Below are positions 13,546 to 26,822 of a stretch of 64,000 nucleotides of DNA, piece after piece; within the stretch, counting starts at the first letter, position 1, and every line of letters begins with the position of its first letter. The position numbers were made by a program, and so were the translations under genes. The notes under the pieces were generated by a model. That model ran no database searches, had not been told where the DNA came from, and worked only from the letters and a program-made list of their open reading frames with translations. The stretch is from Azolla caroliniana. Its lineage: Eukaryota > Plantae > Polypodiophyta. The stretch is from NCBI GenBank assembly GCA_043228905.1, contig JBHGNT010000012.1, positions 16,988,001 to 17,052,000 on the forward strand, given 5' to 3'.

Positions 13546-14450
13546 ATGGTGAGCATGCACATGACTTGCGTATATGAGTGGTACAACCGTTGTTGGTTGT
13601 ACAACTCTCCACTGTCGGTACCAGACACTCAGTCGAACGTGGGCCCGGACCCCATTTCGTCCCACAACCCTCCCGAAGTTAACCAAGTCGAATACAACCC
13701 ATTTTTGGTGTTACCCGAAGACCCGGACTTCGACACCATGTTGTACCCGTATCCACATTATACGGATGGCCCCGATGCTGAATCACACATCCGCTTTTTT
13801 CTGTTAACTTGGCAAGCCAACCATTCGACACAACGTTTTACCATTGCTGAGGTTGACACATCGAAAATCGCGAAGTTCACACTATCCCTAGATGGACCTG
13901 TGGCACGGTGGTATTCTCGCCATGATCTTGGGGAATTTGCAACGTTTCAGGACGTCCGTAATCGATTCCTCAAACTTTTCCACCACAAGATACCTAAGCG
14001 CAAACTGCTCCACCAGTTCTACGCTATTGCACAGAAACCGCATGAAATGGTTTCCCAGTTTACGATCCGCTTCTAGGATCTCTATCGGCAACTCGCCCAA
14101 GATGTGTCTGCCAATCATTTAAAAGACACATTCCTCGCAGGACTATGGGAACCTCTATGCACGAATCTCGCCTTGGCTGACTTCTCGTAGCAGACAATCG
14201 AGCAGGTGGTTGCTTGCATCCTTGCTATGGACAAAAACCAACATAGTACCTCTTTTTCGATGGGGTCACTCCAAAATGCTTGTCGACCCACATAGAAACC
14301 CAATTTCGCCAGGCTCTCCAATGTACGACATGCTCAAATTCCGGGCACTCGGCCGTGGATTGCCCTCTTCATCCACACTGGTCGATCTGCCACTCCCGAG
14401 AGCATACAGTAGACCACTGCGAATATAATATGCTCAACCGCCACTCTCAT
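13546..14450 (+). pseudogene. Degenerate retrotransposon gag (capsid plus two CCHC-like knuckles)
   Basis: SLDGPVARWY...FQDVRNRFLKLF, CTTCSNSGHSAVDC and SICHSREHTVDHC, with stops and frameshifts. Confidence 0.7.
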
Positions 14451-14828
14451 ATGCCAAATCGAGCCCCGCCACGATCGTCCTCGACAGGATGATCGTGATC
14501 ATCCACCATCTCGGAATCAGGATGCCGAGCAGCCTTGATACAAGGATTGTCATCGACGTGAAGATTGCTACTGACACGTGGAGGATCATTATCGCCGGGA
14601 TAATAGATACCGGCCCAAGGAAGAGAGTTACCAGCTAGACGGTCGGCCTCAGGACGACCGTTACCAATATAGAGAGGACCGCGATCACCCAGTAGAGGAC
14701 TACTATTATGACTACGATCGGGGCGACTATTATGAACAATGATATCAAAGGCACAATCGGCGGCCTCACCCAAATAATTGAGTTCATCGGCAATCGGGAA
14801 ATAATAGACGACCTCTAGATAATTGCAT

Positions 14829-15443
14829 TGTCGCGATATTCCGTGAGCGCGTGTAGGATCCGAGGCGGGACCACAGGGGTCTTGGACTAGGGAGTAGAGG
14901 AGAAGGAATAAGACCCAAAAATGGAAGATTAGCTCAAGATGAGAAGAGGAAGAATGGCACATAAACATAGAGTAGAATAAATGGAGGCAAGATACACCCA
15001 CAAGACAAGAAACATCAACATGCTATATTAAGAGTTCACAAAGATTACAAGCCAGGCCACATAGGCCACACCCCAAAACGACTACAAGAAAACCCTAACC
15101 GGATAAATAAGCAAAGAAGCATAGAAACCCTAAAGAAACCCAAGAAGAAAACCCTAAAACCGAATAGAACCCCTCGACCTAAGTGGTATACCTCTCTCAA
15201 TCAAAATAGGCAACCCTTTCACAAGGGTCACAAGGGACCCCTTATTCTATACACCATTTCCTACTGTACATGTGCACATGTTGCACACCACCGACTTGCC
15301 TTTCACAAGAGACGTTGCAATGTGGGATAAATACTTCCTCTTATTCTATACACCATTTCGTACTATACATGTGCACATGTTGCACACCATCGACTTGCCT
15401 ATTCCACCCCGGTTTCACACTATAGCTGAAAATCTTCACGACA
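14829..15443 (-). mobile_element. Solo LTR with termini related to the solo LTR at 43347-43997
   Basis: TGTCGCGA...TCACGACA termini. The right end is the reverse complement of tgtcgtga.gattttc.gcta..gtgtgaaaccg at 43347. Flanks GCAT/GTGT are compatible with a CpG-decayed GCGT TSD. Confidence 0.7.
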
Positions 15444-15679
15444 GTGTCGAGACCCACCACGCTCCGATCATCGTCGACCGCCCCCTCACACCGAGCCTCG
15501 GGATGATCACCACCACGCGTAACAACACACCGCATAACCGCAGGAAGAACACTCCCGACTTCACCCAACAACTCAATTCGAGCAAGGGGAATCAAGCAAC
15601 TCGGCTCCAGTTACCTACTTTAATTGTAATCAACCGAGGCATTATGTCACGCATTGTCCGGCCAATGATCGCGGCAAAG

Positions 15680-15975
15680 TGTCATGATATGGCAAGACTC
15701 GAACCCATGACCTTATGTTACATGGGTCGAGCTCTTCACCATTAGACTATATGTTGTAATACAAAAAATATTATTTTCATTTAAGTTTTACTATAGAAAA
15801 TTGATGTATATTCCAGATTTCTCTGGAACATTCTAGAAACTTCAAGAGTACTCTTGAGAACACTATAAAAGGTGGCACAAGGCATTATTTCAAACCAAAT
15901 CGGTTCAACGCCAGTCTTAAGCCTCCGAGCTACTATTGTATATTCTCTTAACATAATATATATATTTTGTTATCA

Positions 15976-16027
<52 letters not shown>

Positions 16028-17535
16028 ACTCTTTCCTTCTCTCGAGAGTTCTACACTTTCCTGAGTACTAATCCTCATCTTTTAATACTAATTCCTTCTC
16101 TGTCTTAGTATTGTTCCTGACAATACTTCTCTATCTTAGTATTGTTCCTGACAGTTTGAACCAATTTCGTCTCCTTCTCTTCCTTTATGTTCTTACTTCT
16201 CCCTCCCTTCATACTAATCTCTTATTCCTCTTTTCTCTCATACTATGACCACTGTTAGCGCTCAAGAATATCAATTCGTTTTCTCGGAGTTGCAATGCTT
16301 GAAAGAGAAGTTTCTCGCATTGGAACAAGAAAATCAACGATTGTTGGGGGAGCTTCAACAAATCTCCTTAGAGAAGCAGCAGACACAACAACAACATGGA
16401 GAACTAGCGTTATGCGTGCAACAACTCGAAGCAACCATAGTCGTGATGCAACAACAAGGACCCAGTACACAAGGGGTTCATAAAGAACCCAAGATCGGCC
16501 TTCCCATGAAATTTGATGGAATGGGATCGCAGTTTAGAGGATTCCTTAATCAGGTACGATTAGTCATTCAAATGCATCCTTCCCAATATCCCACCGATGC
16601 ATCACGAGTGGGTTTAGTAGGCACGTTGTTAAGTGGCTCAACTTTAGGATGGTTCGCTCCATTGTTAGAAAAGGAATCTCCTTTACTAAACAATTTTGAA
16701 GAGTTTTTAAGTGAGTTTAAAGCTTGTTTTGGAGATATTGATCACATATGGACAACAATCAATAAAATCCGACGATTATGTTAAGGTGATCGTCCAGCCT
16801 CCGCATACGTTGCAGATTTCCGCTTACTCGCCTTCAATATCCCCTGGGATGACCAAGCACTTATGGAGAAATTTCGTTATGGTCTACGTAACGATGTTGA
16901 GGATTCACTCTTGACGTTCCCCGAAGAACCAAAGTCATTGAAAGAAGCAATCAGTCGCACGATGAGATGCGACAACCGTCTTTTCGAACCATGTTTGTAA
17001 CGTTAGTTCTAGATGCCAAGGGCAAGATCAAAGCCCACCTATGCCTCAGTGGTAGCAAAACCTTTTCCAAGGGAGTCATATAATGCATCTCCAGTGAATA
17101 CTCCAACTCCGATGGAAATTGACACTACATGTCATCGGGGACCATTATTGGAAGAAGAAAAGCAGTGACACCGAGCAAATCGACTATGTCTTTATTGTGG
17201 TGGACCAGGGCATATTGCATTGAACTATCCCCATAGGCCAAGAAGATAGGTGAACCAAATAGTTGCTAGTTCTAATTGTACTAAACCCGAGTCTATTTCA
17301 GTATGAATATCTGATAGTCCTAATAGTACTAATAGCCCAAATCTATCGAACAAATTTGATGTCCTTAGTCAGTTAGAAGAAGAGTTAAACGACTAAATCC
17401 AGCCAAAATAGGAACCATTTGGTTGGACAACCCTAGATCTGTGCAACCCATTAGTGGTTCCATTCCCTCTAAGCAAGTTAGCAATGTGTTCTTAGCCCAA
17501 GTAACAGTTAGTACTAAAAGTACCTCTCCAATACA
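15680..17535 (+). mobile_element. Chromovirus copy B, degenerate and 3'-truncated (5' LTR 15680-16153, gag pseudogene 16245-17396, start of pol)
   Basis: LTR and gag are homologous to 32312-38086. gag has multiple stops, and pol breaks off at about 17535. Confidence 0.88.
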
Positions 17536-17741
17536 TGTCTCATCCGGCTCTCCGTAGCTGGGTACTACTCATCCGGTTCACACCGGGCCTGTATCATCCG
17601 GCTCTCCATAGCCGGGTACTCCTCATCCGGTTCACACCGGGCCTGTATCATCCGGCTCTCCGTAGCTGGGTACTCCTCATACTGTTTGTTCGTCGACACT
17701 GTTCTTCTCCCTTCCCATCTGGAGGGACCTGTCTCCCAACA
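17536..17741 (-). repeat. Inverted fragment of a Copia LTR 5' end (same family as 20664-21484)
   Basis: Reverse complement of tgttgggagacaggtccctcc.gatgggaagggagaagaacagtg plus its tandem units. Confidence 0.88.
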
Positions 17742-17788
17742 GTCAGCTAGATGATGGAGGCTACACAGGTAGCATCCGGAATGGTGTC

Positions 17789-20653
17789 ATGAAGTTCAGC
17801 AAAGGGAGCCTGATTGTGGCTCGGGCTCAGAAGGTAAACACACTGTACTTGATGAATGCCCGGTTATGTCTGAAAGAAGTGAACGTGGAATCCGACACTA
17901 CCAGTGAGCTGTGGCACAAGAGGTTGTGTCATATGAGCGAGAAGGGTATGAAGAGGCTTGCAGACGACAACCTCATTCCAGTGAAGAACGTGCACTTAGA
18001 GAAGTGCATTGATTGTCTGGCCGGTAAGCAGAACCGGACCTCCTTCCGACCAAGGCCACCGATGAGACGTAATGCACCACTGGAGTTGGTGCATACGGAT
18101 GTGTGTCAAGTAGACACGAAGTCACATGCCAGAGTGCAGTACTTCGTGACGTTCATAGATGACCACAGCCAGAAGCTGTGGGCCACACCGTTGAAGACGA
18201 AGGATCAGGTGTTATCCGTCTTCAAAGAGCTCCACGCGAGAGTGGAAAGAGAAACCGGCCGGAAGCTGAAGGCGGTTCGAGCAGATAACGGAGGAGAATA
18301 TCGGGGGCAGTTCGAGGAGTACTGCCGCTCGAAGGGAATCCGGCTCGAATTTACCATGCCAAAGACGCCGGAACTAAACGGACTGGCCGAGAGGATGAAC
18401 CGGACCATAATGGAGAGGGTTCGGAGTATGCTAGCACATGCAAAACTACCCAAGAAGTTTTGGGCTGAGGCATTGTCGACGGCGACATATGTGATTAATA
18501 GATCACCCTCAGTACCCTTGGACGGAGACACGCCACAGAGAGTGTGGACCGGTAAGGAAGTATCCTACCGACATCTGAAGGTGTTCGGGTGTCTCGCGTA
18601 CGTGCATGTAGCTAAGGACCGGAGAGGAAAGTTAGATCCAAAGACCCGGCCATGCATATTCCTCGGTTACGGTGACGATGAGTTCGGCTACCGAGTGTGG
18701 GACCCGGTCGACAAGAAGGTATTCCGGAGTCGAGATATTATCTTCATGGAGGACAAGACGCTCGCCGACTGGGAGTCGGAGAAGAAGATAATGAACTCCG
18801 AGTGGACCGGTAAGGATCGACTCTACGATGAGCAGACCCAACCGGCAAGAGACCGGTTAGCACTTGAAGAACCAGCCGGATACGGTGAGGATTCCGAACC
18901 GGCAGAAGAAGAAGTAGAGGAAGCTGAGACCGGAACCGGCCTAGACCCCGAATCGGATTCGGATGAAGAGCAAATGGAGGAGCCGGTTAACGAAGCCCGA
19001 AGTCGTAGATATCCTCTCAGAGAGAGAAGGGGCCCCCAGAGATTTCCGGATGCAGAGCATGTGCTGCTGACCGATGAGGGGGAGCCGGAAAGCTTTGAAG
19101 AAGCGAAGGAAGACACCCACAGCCAAAAATGGTTAAGTGTCATGCAGGATGAGATGGATTCCCTGCATGAGAACCATACATATGAATTGGTGGAGTTGCC
19201 GAAAGGAAAGCGGGCACTCCGAAACAAGTGGGTGTACAAGTTGAAACCGGGAGATGCCGGCAACCCCCCGAGATACAAAGCCAGGATCGTGGTGAAGGGG
19301 TTCCAGCAGAAGAAGGGCGTGGACTTCAACGAGATATTTGCCCCGGTAGTAAAGATGACCTCCATCCGGACGGTGCTGAGTATAGCAGTAAGCATGGACC
19401 TCGAGGTAGAGCAGCTGGACTTGAAGACGGCATTCCTTCACGGCGACCTCGAAGAGGAGATCTGCATGCAGCAATCGGAAGGATTCGTGGAGAAAGGGAA
19501 GGAGCACTTGGTATGCCGGTTGAAGAAGAGCCTGTACGGACTGAAGCAGGCACCCCGACAGTGGTACCGGAAGTTCGACTCCTTCATGACCGATCAAGGG
19601 TACCACAAGACGCAGGCCGATCACTGTGTGTTTGTGAAGAAGTTTGAAGGAGGAGACTTCCCGATACTCCTTCTGTACGTGGATGACATGTTGATCGTCG
19701 GACGGGACCAAGTCAAAATACGGATGCTGAAGAAGGCTCTCAACCGGACCTTCTCAATGAAAGACTTGGGTCTGGCAAGACAGATGTTGGGGATGCACAT
19801 CATCCGGAACCAGTCAGCGAAGCAATTATGGCTGTCACAGGAGAAGTATGTGACAAAGGTGCTTCACCGGTTCAACATGTCAGAAGCGAAGCCGGTCGGA
19901 TCAACACTTCCGGCAAACTGCAAGCTATCCGGCAAGCAAAGCCCGAAGACAAAAGCAGAGAAGGCGGAAATGATGAAGATCCCATATGCCTCTACCGTCG
20001 GGAGCTTGATGTACGCAATGGTGTGTACCCGACCGGATATAGGATACGTAGTCGGGGTGGTGAGCCAGTTTATGAGCAATCCCGGCAAGGAGCACTGGAA
20101 CGCGGTCAAATGGATACTCCGGTATTTGAAGGGCACTTCAAATATGTGTCTCCGATTCGGCTCCAGAAAACCTCAACTGGACGGTTTCACCGATTCGAAC
20201 ATGTCGGTTGATGTGGATACCAGCCGGTCTACATCCGGGTATGTAATGACATATGCAGGGGGAGCTGTTTCGTGGCAGTCGAGGCTGCAGAAGACGGTTG
20301 CATTGTCAACCACGGAGGCAGAGTACAGGGCAGCTGTGGAAGCCGGCAAGGAAATTTTATCGATGAAGGACTTCATCGGAGAGCTCGGTATACGGCAAGA
20401 GGAATACCGACTCTATTGCGACAGTCAAAGTGCCATCCACCTTGCTAAGAATGCGGCCTACCATTCTCGGACGAAGCATATCCAACGGAGGTATCACTGG
20501 ATCCGGGAAAGAGTAGATGACCAGGAGTTCGCACTGACGAAGATCCACACGACCGAGAACGGGTCAGATATGCTGACCAAAGTGCTGACACCCGACAAGC
20601 TGGATGCATGCCGGAAGAGAATCGGACTGGTAAGACACCCCATGCCGGAGTGA
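17789..20653 (+). CDS. pol: Copia Pol (GAG-pre-integrase, integrase, RT, RNaseH), 954 aa, lacking gag and protease
   Basis: LWHKRLCH, VRADNGGEY, YKARIVVKG, KSLYGLKQAPRQWY, LLYVDDML, RTKHI and DMLTK. Confidence 0.92.
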   Translation: MKFSKGSLIVARAQKVNTLYLMNARLCLKEVNVESDTTSELWHKRLCHMSEKGMKRLADDNLIPVKNVHLEKCIDCLAGKQNRTSFRPRPPMRRNAPLELVHTDVCQVDTKSHARVQYFVTFIDDHSQKLWATPLKTKDQVLSVFKELHARVERETGRKLKAVRADNGGEYRGQFEEYCRSKGIRLEFTMPKTPELNGLAERMNRTIMERVRSMLAHAKLPKKFWAEALSTATYVINRSPSVPLDGDTPQRVWTGKEVSYRHLKVFGCLAYVHVAKDRRGKLDPKTRPCIFLGYGDDEFGYRVWDPVDKKVFRSRDIIFMEDKTLADWESEKKIMNSEWTGKDRLYDEQTQPARDRLALEEPAGYGEDSEPAEEEVEEAETGTGLDPESDSDEEQMEEPVNEARSRRYPLRERRGPQRFPDAEHVLLTDEGEPESFEEAKEDTHSQKWLSVMQDEMDSLHENHTYELVELPKGKRALRNKWVYKLKPGDAGNPPRYKARIVVKGFQQKKGVDFNEIFAPVVKMTSIRTVLSIAVSMDLEVEQLDLKTAFLHGDLEEEICMQQSEGFVEKGKEHLVCRLKKSLYGLKQAPRQWYRKFDSFMTDQGYHKTQADHCVFVKKFEGGDFPILLLYVDDMLIVGRDQVKIRMLKKALNRTFSMKDLGLARQMLGMHIIRNQSAKQLWLSQEKYVTKVLHRFNMSEAKPVGSTLPANCKLSGKQSPKTKAEKAEMMKIPYASTVGSLMYAMVCTRPDIGYVVGVVSQFMSNPGKEHWNAVKWILRYLKGTSNMCLRFGSRKPQLDGFTDSNMSVDVDTSRSTSGYVMTYAGGAVSWQSRLQKTVALSTTEAEYRAAVEAGKEILSMKDFIGELGIRQEEYRLYCDSQSAIHLAKNAAYHSRTKHIQRRYHWIRERVDDQEFALTKIHTTENGSDMLTKVLTPDKLDACRKRIGLVRHPMPE

Positions 20654-20721
20654 AGGGGGAGTTTGTTGGGAGACAGGTCCCTCCGGATGGGAAGGGAGAA
20701 GAACAGTGCTGACGAACAAAC

Positions 20722-21025
20722 GGTATGAGGAGTACCCGGCTACGGAGAGCCGGATGATACAGACCCGGTGAGGACCGGATGAGGAGTACCCGGCTACGGA
20801 GAGCCGGATGAGGAGTACCCGGCTACGGGGAGCCGGATGATACAAACCCGGTGAGGACCAGATGAGGAGTACCCGGCTACGGAGAGCCGGATGATACAGG
20901 CCCAGTGTGAACCGGATGAGGAGTACCCAGCTACGGAGAGCCGGATGGTGCAGGCCCGGTGTGAACCGGATGAGGAGTACCCGGCTACGGAGAGCCAGAT
21001 GGTGCAGAACCGGTGAGAACCGGAG
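20722..21025. repeat. CCGG-rich ~54-bp tandem repeats in the Copia LTR U3
   Basis: gatgaggagtacccggctacggagagccggatg.t.cag.cccggtg..accg repeated about five times. Confidence 0.88.
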
Positions 21026-21177
21026 GAAGAGACATATTCATAAATATGTTTCTGAGGGCCCATCGAGGCTATATTTGTAAATAGCCAAAAAGTCATATTA
21101 GTATAAATATGACTTAGGGCAAACTTTTAGTTGTTGTTGTCATTTTTCTGTTTTGCACGAGATCAGTGTTCGTAACT

Positions 21178-21213
<36 letters not shown>

Positions 21214-21484
21214 GTCATTGCCTCTGTTGTAACCGCCGCCTGTGGCGAAGATTTGTGAGCACTAGGTCGGTGCCTCAGTGAACTCACAGTTGTATATTTC
21301 TACATAGTGACAGTTTGCAGCCTGTGGGCTGCCGTGGTTTTTCCCCTAGTTTGGGGTTTTCCACGTAAACTTCCTGTGTATTCTCTCCTTCTTTGTGTCT
21401 CGTTTTATTTCCCGTGTTTTTGTGTATCATTCTAAGCTCGGTTGTGGCCGAGCGTCGCGCATAAGGAACGTTGGGTTCCCGACA

Positions 21485-24400
21485 CAATATGCACGTGGCT
21501 GAGCCAATGGGAGTCTCATTTTGAGCTCTATCCCACACCAGTTAGTACGAAGATTGCATATGTCAGCCGAGAACTAGGGGGTAAGGCCGCCGCCTGGTAG
21601 CGTGGGCTCCGAACTTTGGGGAAACTGCGTGAGACTTGGACAGATTTTGTCACAGTTTTTAAGGGCCAATTTCTGCAACCTCCCTCTCGAACCGAGGCAG
21701 CTCAAGCTTTAATGAACCTCTCTAGCAGGAAATTTTCTTCACTAGAAGACTATGTACACCATGCTAGAACCCAAATCCAAAAATCGGGTCTAGAAGGGGA
21801 CAATTGGTTAATAGCTTGTTTTGTCAATGGCGTCCCCAATTCGGACTATCATTGGATAGTGCACGATAAGGATCCAAAATCCTTCGAAGAGACTGTTGAA
21901 ATAGTTCTTCGCTATCAACGCACTTCGAAGAAAGACCACAACAAACCCAACGAAGCGCTCGGGACTAAGCAGTCACAATTCGCTAGGAAACACAAGATAC
22001 CCAACGAATTCATGGATCGCGATTGTAAGCGACAACATCCTTTTTGTGTATTTTGCAAAAAGAAGGGTCATACAAAAGAGCAATGTTGAAAGCTCCAACG
22101 GAAAGAACACAACAACAAAGCTAAAGCTGCAGACCATAAAGGTCAAATTCCTAAGGTCCTTCAGGTCTATATACATCATTTAAGTAATTGTCAATGTTCT
22201 TTCCCTCACTTTGTATTGGGTCCCAATGATTTACTACGTGCAAATGGGTATATCAATGGATCTCCCATACAATTTTTGTTTGATTCGGGAATCTCACACA
22301 ACTTTGTGAATGATCGTTTGGTTTAGATATGGGGAATGCAACCCACCATAAGTGATCACACCTATACGGTGTACTTGGCTGATGGAAGAGTACAATACAT
22401 CAACGGGGCGATTCATTCATTAGGAATTTCTATTGATACTTATATAGAGGAAGTAGACTTCCATGTAATGAATCTTTGTACCACTGATGTAATACTGGGT
22501 TATCCCTGGTTCTATAATAAAAACTCTTCTTTATCTATTGATTGGGTTCATCATTCAATAACATTTGTACTGAACGATTGTACTCATTTTATTCAATGTG
22601 TAAAAAAAAAAAATCCTTTCAATTGTTTCCTCTCCATCAATATCTGAGTTGTCTTGTTCTACTCTATTTTATTGTGTACTTGGTCCGGACATTCACGTTT
22701 ACAATATCGATAATGTCTCGGTTCAATTAATATATTTTGAACAACAACAACTTGATGAAATCTTAAATAATTTTCGTGATGTTTTTCCAAGTTGGTTTCC
22801 CTCCTAAACGTAATATAGACCATCGTATAGATATTGTACCTAGCGTTGCACCAATAAGTATACCTCCTTATCACTTAAGTTGATCCGAAGAGGATGAGGT
22901 ACCTAAGCAACTCAAGGACTATTTACGAATGGGTTATATACGTTAAAGTAAATCTCCATGGGGTGCACTAGTTCTCTTGGTTAAAAAGAAAGAGGGCACA
23001 TGGCGTATGTGTATTAATTACCGACGCTTGAATAAAGTGACGATCAAGAATTTGTATCCATTGCCCCCGGCTAACGATCTAATGGACCATCTCCAAGGAG
23101 CTCGGTATTTTACAAAACTTGATCTCCGTACCGGCTACCATCAAATTCGTATAAGTGAGGACGATGTTCCTAAAAAGGCATTTCGTACCTGCTATGGCCA
23201 TTATGAGTTTTTGGTTATGCCTTTTGGTTTGACCAATGCTCCGGCTACATTTCAACAAGAAATGAATGACATTTTCTGAGAACAACTTGGAAAATTTGTA
23301 GTTATTTTCTTGGATGATATTTTAGTTTATAGCCATACATTACAAGAACATGATAAACATGTCCGCTTTGTTTTACAAACATTGCATGACAAACATTTTT
23401 ATGCGAAGATCTGAAAATGTGAGTTCTTCAAGAAATCAATTACTTATCTTGTACATCTCATAACCGAACGAGGAGTTGAAATTGATCTTTCTTGCATCAA
23501 GAAAATCAAACTTTGGCCCACTCTTCGGAATATTCGAGAAGTTCGATGATTCTTTGGTTTTGTCGAGTTTTTGCGAAAATCCCTTTGTAATTACTCCCAA
23601 TTGACAACGTCGTTTACTGATCTTCTAAAAGGTCAAACGCGTAAGTCTACAAAACCTATTGTCTAGAATGCTACACTAGACCTCGCCTTTAAGGAACTCA
23701 AGGACCTGGTGTGCAAGGCTCCTTCACTTCTTTTACCTGATCCTTCAAAAGCTTTTGAGGTTGAAACCGATGCAAGAGATTATGCTATAGGTGTTGTCTT
23801 ATATCAAGATGGTAAACCAATAGCATTCGACATTAAGAAACTTGATTCTGCTCAATGTTGGTATACCGTTCAAGATAATGAGTTATTTGCAGTTATACAT
23901 GCGCTCAAAACATGGCGCCATTATCTTTATGGAAATCGCTTTGTGGTAACTACGGACCACGAGTCCTTGGAATATTTTTGTGACCAACAAGACCTGAAAG
24001 TTAGTAAGGCATGATGGGCTGATCTCATCCAGGACTTTGATTTTTCCATACAATATCGTAAAGGTTCCATGAACACTGTCGCTGATGCTCTAAGTCGCAT
24101 CCGTGAAGTTAACATGCTTAGCTTCACTGAAATAACATTAGATCTTTATGATCACCTTCGAGGAAAGTATCCTGATGACAATTATTTTGCAAAATACTGG
24201 GCAAGGGTTGAGTCTTGAACAGACACCACCACATCCTCGAAGGAATACTTCCACATTGCTAACGGTCTGCTCTACCGTAATGGGAAGGTTTGTGTTCCAG
24301 ATTTGCCTTAGGTCAAAAAGAGAATTCTTTTGGAAGGCCATGATGCACCCTCAGCAGGGCACCCTGGAATACATCGTACACTCGTTCTCATCTCCACTCA

Positions 24401-26064
24401 ATTCTATTGGCCTAAGATGCGCCCTGACATACATAGTTATGTGACTAAATGTCACCAATGTCAGGTTAACAAAGCCGAGCAACTTAAAGTTGCAGGACAT
24501 TTACATCCCTTGGACATTCCCAATAATAAGTGGGAAAATATATCCATGGATTTTATTGTTAGCCTTCCACCCAAAAAGGCCATGATGTAATCTGGGTTGT
24601 GGTTGATAGACTAACTAAAATGGCCAGATTTATAGCTACTAAAACCACGGTAACAACTCCGGAATTGGCTTACCAATTTGTTGACAAGTTATTTCGTTTT
24701 TATGGGTTACCGATGGATATCGTGAGTGATCGAAATCCAAAGTTTACTGGTGACTTCTGAACGCAAGTCTTCAAGAAGTTAGAAATATATTGAGCATGAG
24801 CTCCACGGATCATCCTCAATCCGATGGACAGACAGAACGAGTAAATCAAATTATTGAGGAATGCTTCAAGCATACGTTGGTGCAAAAGCAACAAAATGGG
24901 AACGTTATCTCCCAATTTTGGAGTTTGCTTATAATAGCTCCAAGCATACGTCAACGGGATATAGACCTTTTATGTTGATGTATGGTTTTCAGCCATAGCC
25001 CCGATTGATGTTAATATACATCATGATGAGTCGTGAAGAACGCAAAACTTTCTTCGGGATATGCAATATATGTTGCATATTGCATGAGATAATATAAAAA
25101 CAGCTCAAGATAGAGCGTGTTTTTATGCAGATCATCATAGGCAACCCATGTATTCAACCCTAGACAGAAGGTATTTTTACGTGTACCTCACTCACAATTG
25201 TAAGACATTGTCTAAGGGTAAGTGCGCTAAGTTAGCGCACGGTTTTGTGGACCTTTTCAAGTCCTCAAATGCATTGGGTCATCAGCCTATCATCTCGCTC
25301 TTCCCGATGGTGTTGAAATTCATCCAGTTTTTCATGTGAGTCGTCTAAAAGAACTTCTAGGTTCTGGCGACAATACAGTTACAACTGAAACTCTAGTTAC
25401 TTCTGAAGAATTATCTTCTAAACCACATGTACCTGAAAGAATTCTCGATGTTAAAACAAAAAAATTACGTACTAAGGAAATATGAGAATTTAAAATAAAA
25501 TGGATGGATAAATCAATAAAACGTGCCACATGGGAACGCGAAAATACTCTCAGAACTAACTTCCCTAACTTTCCATTGCAAGAGTGCAATATTTTAAAGA
25601 GGGGGAGTATGTTACGGGCATGACCATATAATATCCCGTGGTGAGAATCTACCGTAGTATTCTATACACGTGGATAAGTGTGAGGGTTAAACGAGAGTGT
25701 AAAGAAGGGGAGGATTACTTTTAATCCTCAGGATTGAGACAACCCATTATGCCAAGTGTGAACTTGCCTGAGGGCCTTGGGTATCGTTATAAATAAGAGG
25801 CCTAGCTACCCTCATTTCATCATCGTTTGACTACGTCGAGACTCTGTTCTTATGGTGGGTCAACTCTTGTAGTGAGCCCACCAACACCAGGTACGACTCG
25901 ACGCCACGATGATGGTATGGGACGCCGATCGAGGCTCAAGTCCGTTTCGATCCCTTCACTCGGGGGTGGTCGGGTGGATCGGCACCCTTCTTTCTCTCTC
26001 TCCTCTCTATCTAGATCTATCGTTTATCCTTATCCTTTGCTTACATTAGTACATATCTCTAATA
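21485..26064 (+). mobile_element. Degenerate Gypsy chromovirus of a different family: gag, PR, RT, RH, IN, chromodomain, PPT and 3' LTR (about 25610-26064)
   Basis: [55 protein letters not shown] and PERILDVK..KWMDK..ATWE. PPT AAAGAGGGGGAG is followed by TGTTACGG. Many stops. Confidence 0.85.
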
Positions 26065-26481
26065 CATGTCGTGGCATCGATCTTGTCCGGTTTCTTGTCC
26101 CCGAACTGTACCGGCAGCCAGAGATCTTTGATCACGAGCATGTCCCTCATCTTCAACTTCCACACCGGGTAGTAGGAGCCGGTGAGCTTGAACATGTCGC
26201 GGAATGATTCTTCCATTTCCTTTGTTCACGTTGATACAGTTTGTGCGGAAAATAGCGATGGGCCACAACCGAGTCTTAAACAACGAATGGCAAAAAAAAC
26301 AAACAAACAACTAGATGACACATGATGTTTACGTGGAAAACCCTAAATGGGAAAAACTAGGGAAGCCCATAGACTCCAACTATCACTATAAGGGCAAGAA
26401 TACAATGTGAGGCTCAGAGGCAATGACCTCGAGCTCTATGTCTTCGCCAAACAGCAGTTACAACAAAAAACTCATTCTCTC

Positions 26482-26531
<50 letters not shown>

Positions 26532-26822
26532 CAACGATGATACAACAACAACGTCGTCGCTATAAAGTGATTACCCTAAGTCATATTTATACTTATATAA
26601 CTTTACGTCTATTTACAAATATAGCCTCGATGGGCTCACCATGAAACATATTTACACATATGTCCTTTGATCCGGTTTGCACTGGATCCATCCGGATTCA
26701 CTCGATCCGGTTTCCGTGTCTCATCCGGAACCCTTCCGGATTTGGTTCCTTCATCCGGCTCGTCCGATCCGGCTCGTCCGGTTCTCATCTGGATCCCATC
26801 CGGAGGGACCGAATTCCCAACA
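26065..26822 (-). mobile_element. Truncated Copia 5' end (LTR about 26239-26822, decayed PBS, gag N-terminus)
   Basis: LTR end ggagggaccgaattcccaaca matches 41701-41723. The minus strand encodes WKLKMRDMLVIKDLWLPV. Confidence 0.78.

Larger units (their letters stand above)
17742..21484 (+). mobile_element. Ty1/Copia (Tnt1-like) element, 5'-truncated; PPT about 20652-20663, 3' LTR 20664-21484
   Basis: Pol ORF followed by GAAGGGGGAG and an LTR with TGTTGGGA...TCCCGACA ends. Confidence 0.9.

Noticed and set aside
20722-21025. Regular repeats resembling a CRISPR array
   Set aside because: The intervening segments are themselves repeated and the array lies within a Copia LTR. No cas genes, and the context is eukaryotic.
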